In this document: one piece after another, positions 62,377 to 64,000 of the stretch
Position numbering within the stretch: the first letter of the stretch is position 1
Layout of the letters: every line of letters starts with the position of its first letter
Origin: Acidobacteriota bacterium
GTDB taxonomy: Bacteria > Acidobacteriota > UBA6911 > RPQK01 > JAJDTT01
NCBI GenBank assembly: GCA_965209055.1
Contig: OZ242374.1
Location: 4,736,001 to 4,800,000 of the forward strand
DNA: 64,000 nt
Direction of reading: 5' to 3'
Program-made: the position numbers and the translations under genes
Notes under the pieces: model-generated
Database searches by the model: none
What the model saw: the letters and a program-made list of their open reading frames with translations, nothing else
Told to the model about the DNA's origin: nothing

Positions 62377-63342
62377 ATGGCCGAAGCGTCAAACGGTTTC
62401 ATGCGGCAGTTCGAGGAGCAGGGTTACGTGGTGCTGGAGGGAATCCTGGACCCGGAACTCGATCTCCAACCCATTCTGGACCACTACGAGCGGCTCGTGG
62501 ATTCCCTCAGCCGCCGGCTCGCGAACGAAGGCGTCCTCTCCAGCACTTACGAGGACCTCCCGTTCGGGCCACGCCTGGCGGCCGTCGTCAGCGAGACCGG
62601 AGGTTCCTTCTTCCAGCAGATGGAGATCTCGCTCCCCCAGAGCGGGATTTACCCCGACACTCCAATTCATCATCCGCCCGAGGTGTTCCGTCTCCTCAGA
62701 CACCCGGGACTGCTGGATGCGGTCGAACGTTTCATCGGCCCCGAGATCTATTCGAACCCCGTGCAGCACATTCGGATCAAGCCGCCCCAGCGCCTGCTGT
62801 CCGAAGACGTGCTGCTGAACGCGCTGGTCGCGCGCACTTCCTGGCATCAGGACCAGGGTGTCGTGATCCCGGACGCCGACTCCACCAAGATGCTGACGGT
62901 CTGGGTTCCGATCACGGACGCCACCCGGGAGAATGGTTGTCTGATGGTGGTGCCGGGCAGTCACAAACGGGGATTGACTTTGCATTGCACGTCCCCGGGC
63001 AAGTTCCAGATTCCCGACCGGCTCGTCGCCCCCGGGGCCCGCCCCCTGCCGATGAAGGCCGGAGACGTGCTCTTCATGCACAAGCTGACCATGCACAGCT
63101 CTCTCGCCAACCGGAGCGATCAATTGCGTTGCAGCTTCGATCTTCGATACAACCCCATCGGAGAGCACACCGGGCGGCCCTGGTTTCCGGGATTCGTGGC
63201 GCGGAGCCGTTCCAATCCCGAGTCGGAACTCAGGGACCCGGAAATCTGGGCGGAGAGCTGGCGTCAAGCCAGGGACCACCTGGCCCAGGTTGAAAACCCC
63301 AGCTTTCAACGCTGGGTCGAAGGCGATCCTCGCTGCGCCTGA
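62377..63342 (+). CDS. Phytanoyl-CoA dioxygenase (PhyH) family Fe/2OG dioxygenase
   Basis: WHQD, VWVPITDA, VVPGSH, MHSS, DLRY. Confidence 0.9.
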   Translation: MAEASNGFMRQFEEQGYVVLEGILDPELDLQPILDHYERLVDSLSRRLANEGVLSSTYEDLPFGPRLAAVVSETGGSFFQQMEISLPQSGIYPDTPIHHPPEVFRLLRHPGLLDAVERFIGPEIYSNPVQHIRIKPPQRLLSEDVLLNALVARTSWHQDQGVVIPDADSTKMLTVWVPITDATRENGCLMVVPGSHKRGLTLHCTSPGKFQIPDRLVAPGARPLPMKAGDVLFMHKLTMHSSLANRSDQLRCSFDLRYNPIGEHTGRPWFPGFVARSRSNPESELRDPEIWAESWRQARDHLAQVENPSFQRWVEGDPRCA

Positions 63343-63420
63343 GTCGCCCGGCTTCCCAATTTCCCGAGGTGTGGAGGATCCGGGAGCACGGTGACCGCGG
63401 CCCCGGTGAGAAATCCGCGC

Positions 63421-64000
63421 CTAAAATATGTACTTCACGCCCAGCATGATCCGCCTGGGCCAGGTCACGTCCCGCTGAACCAACCCGAAGCTGCCGCTGG
63501 TGGGGTTCGTCACCACCGGACCGAAGCTGGCGTGATTGAAGGCGTTCAGGAACTGGGCCTGAAAGCGGAGCCGGTGGCCCTCGGTGATGAAGGTGTCCTT
63601 GATGACGCTGATGTCCCAGAAGTCGACCGGAGCGGAACGCAGATTGCTGAAGCGGAAGGGGAAGGTCCGCTTGTGGGTCCCCTCGGGAGCCCTGGCGGAA
63701 CTCCTCTCGAATCCGGCGTTGGTGTTGAACCATTTCTCCACGGTTCCGCCCGACAGAGGCAGCTTCTTGGGGTCGAAGCCCGAGGTGGTGAACACGTTCC
63801 CGAAACTGAGGGGGAAACCGCTCTGGAGCTGCCAGACCCCGGAGACCTGCCAACCGCCCAGCCTGTGGCCGCGCCCGAAGGGCACCTGCCAGATCCCGGT
63901 GAGCTTGAAGTTGTGGGTCCGGTCGGCGGTCGCCACGACTTCGTAGGGAACCGGATCGCTGGGGTTGAGGTACTGCCGGGCCTCCATGAACTTGGACCAA
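63421..64000 (-). CDS. TonB-dependent receptor (Acidobacteria-type) C-terminus, partial
   Basis: GGWQVSG, WDISVIK, AQFLNAFNH, PRRIMLGVKYIF terminal beta strand. Confidence 0.85.
   Translation of the reverse strand, partial: WSKFMEARQYLNPSDPVPYEVVATADRTHNFKLTGIWQVPFGRGHRLGGWQVSGVWQLQSGFPLSFGNVFTTSGFDPKKLPLSGGTVEKWFNTNAGFERSSARAPEGTHKRTFPFRFSNLRSAPVDFWDISVIKDTFITEGHRLRFQAQFLNAFNHASFGPVVTNPTSGSFGLVQRDVTWPRRIMLGVKYIF

Overview
High-GC bacterial chromosomal window, most consistent with an Acidobacteriota genome (Acidobacteria-type TonB-dependent receptor, DUF1501/DUF1553 pair, many Tat/Sec-exported hydrolases). LRR surface proteins suggest a host-associated lineage, possibly a marine sponge symbiont (inference). 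The backbone encodes catabolic enzymes, feoAB, a MacAB-type ABC exporter, aconitase X, mtnA-tsaD and a wzm-wzt-glycosyltransferase operon. Accessory DNA interrupts it in several places: (i) an island at about 5.8-15.1 kb with decayed hicAB, DUF3800 plus an upstream structured leader, a cytoplasmic trypsin-like protease, an ISL3 remnant, two HEPN-motif genes and a broken LRR/metallopeptidase gene; (ii) a lone CBS-HEPN gene; (iii) a type II-like R-M pair inside the polysaccharide operon; (iv) an interrupted phd-vapC pair. The most notable observation is four co-oriented copies of a ~21-bp site (GCAGAAAAGGTGACTGTCCCC) that cut the island into kb-sized modules. At one copy the genes on both sides are cleanly truncated, which suggests an array of captured DNA. 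No rRNA, tRNA or CRISPR array was seen. All family calls come from motif recognition by eye; no searches were run.
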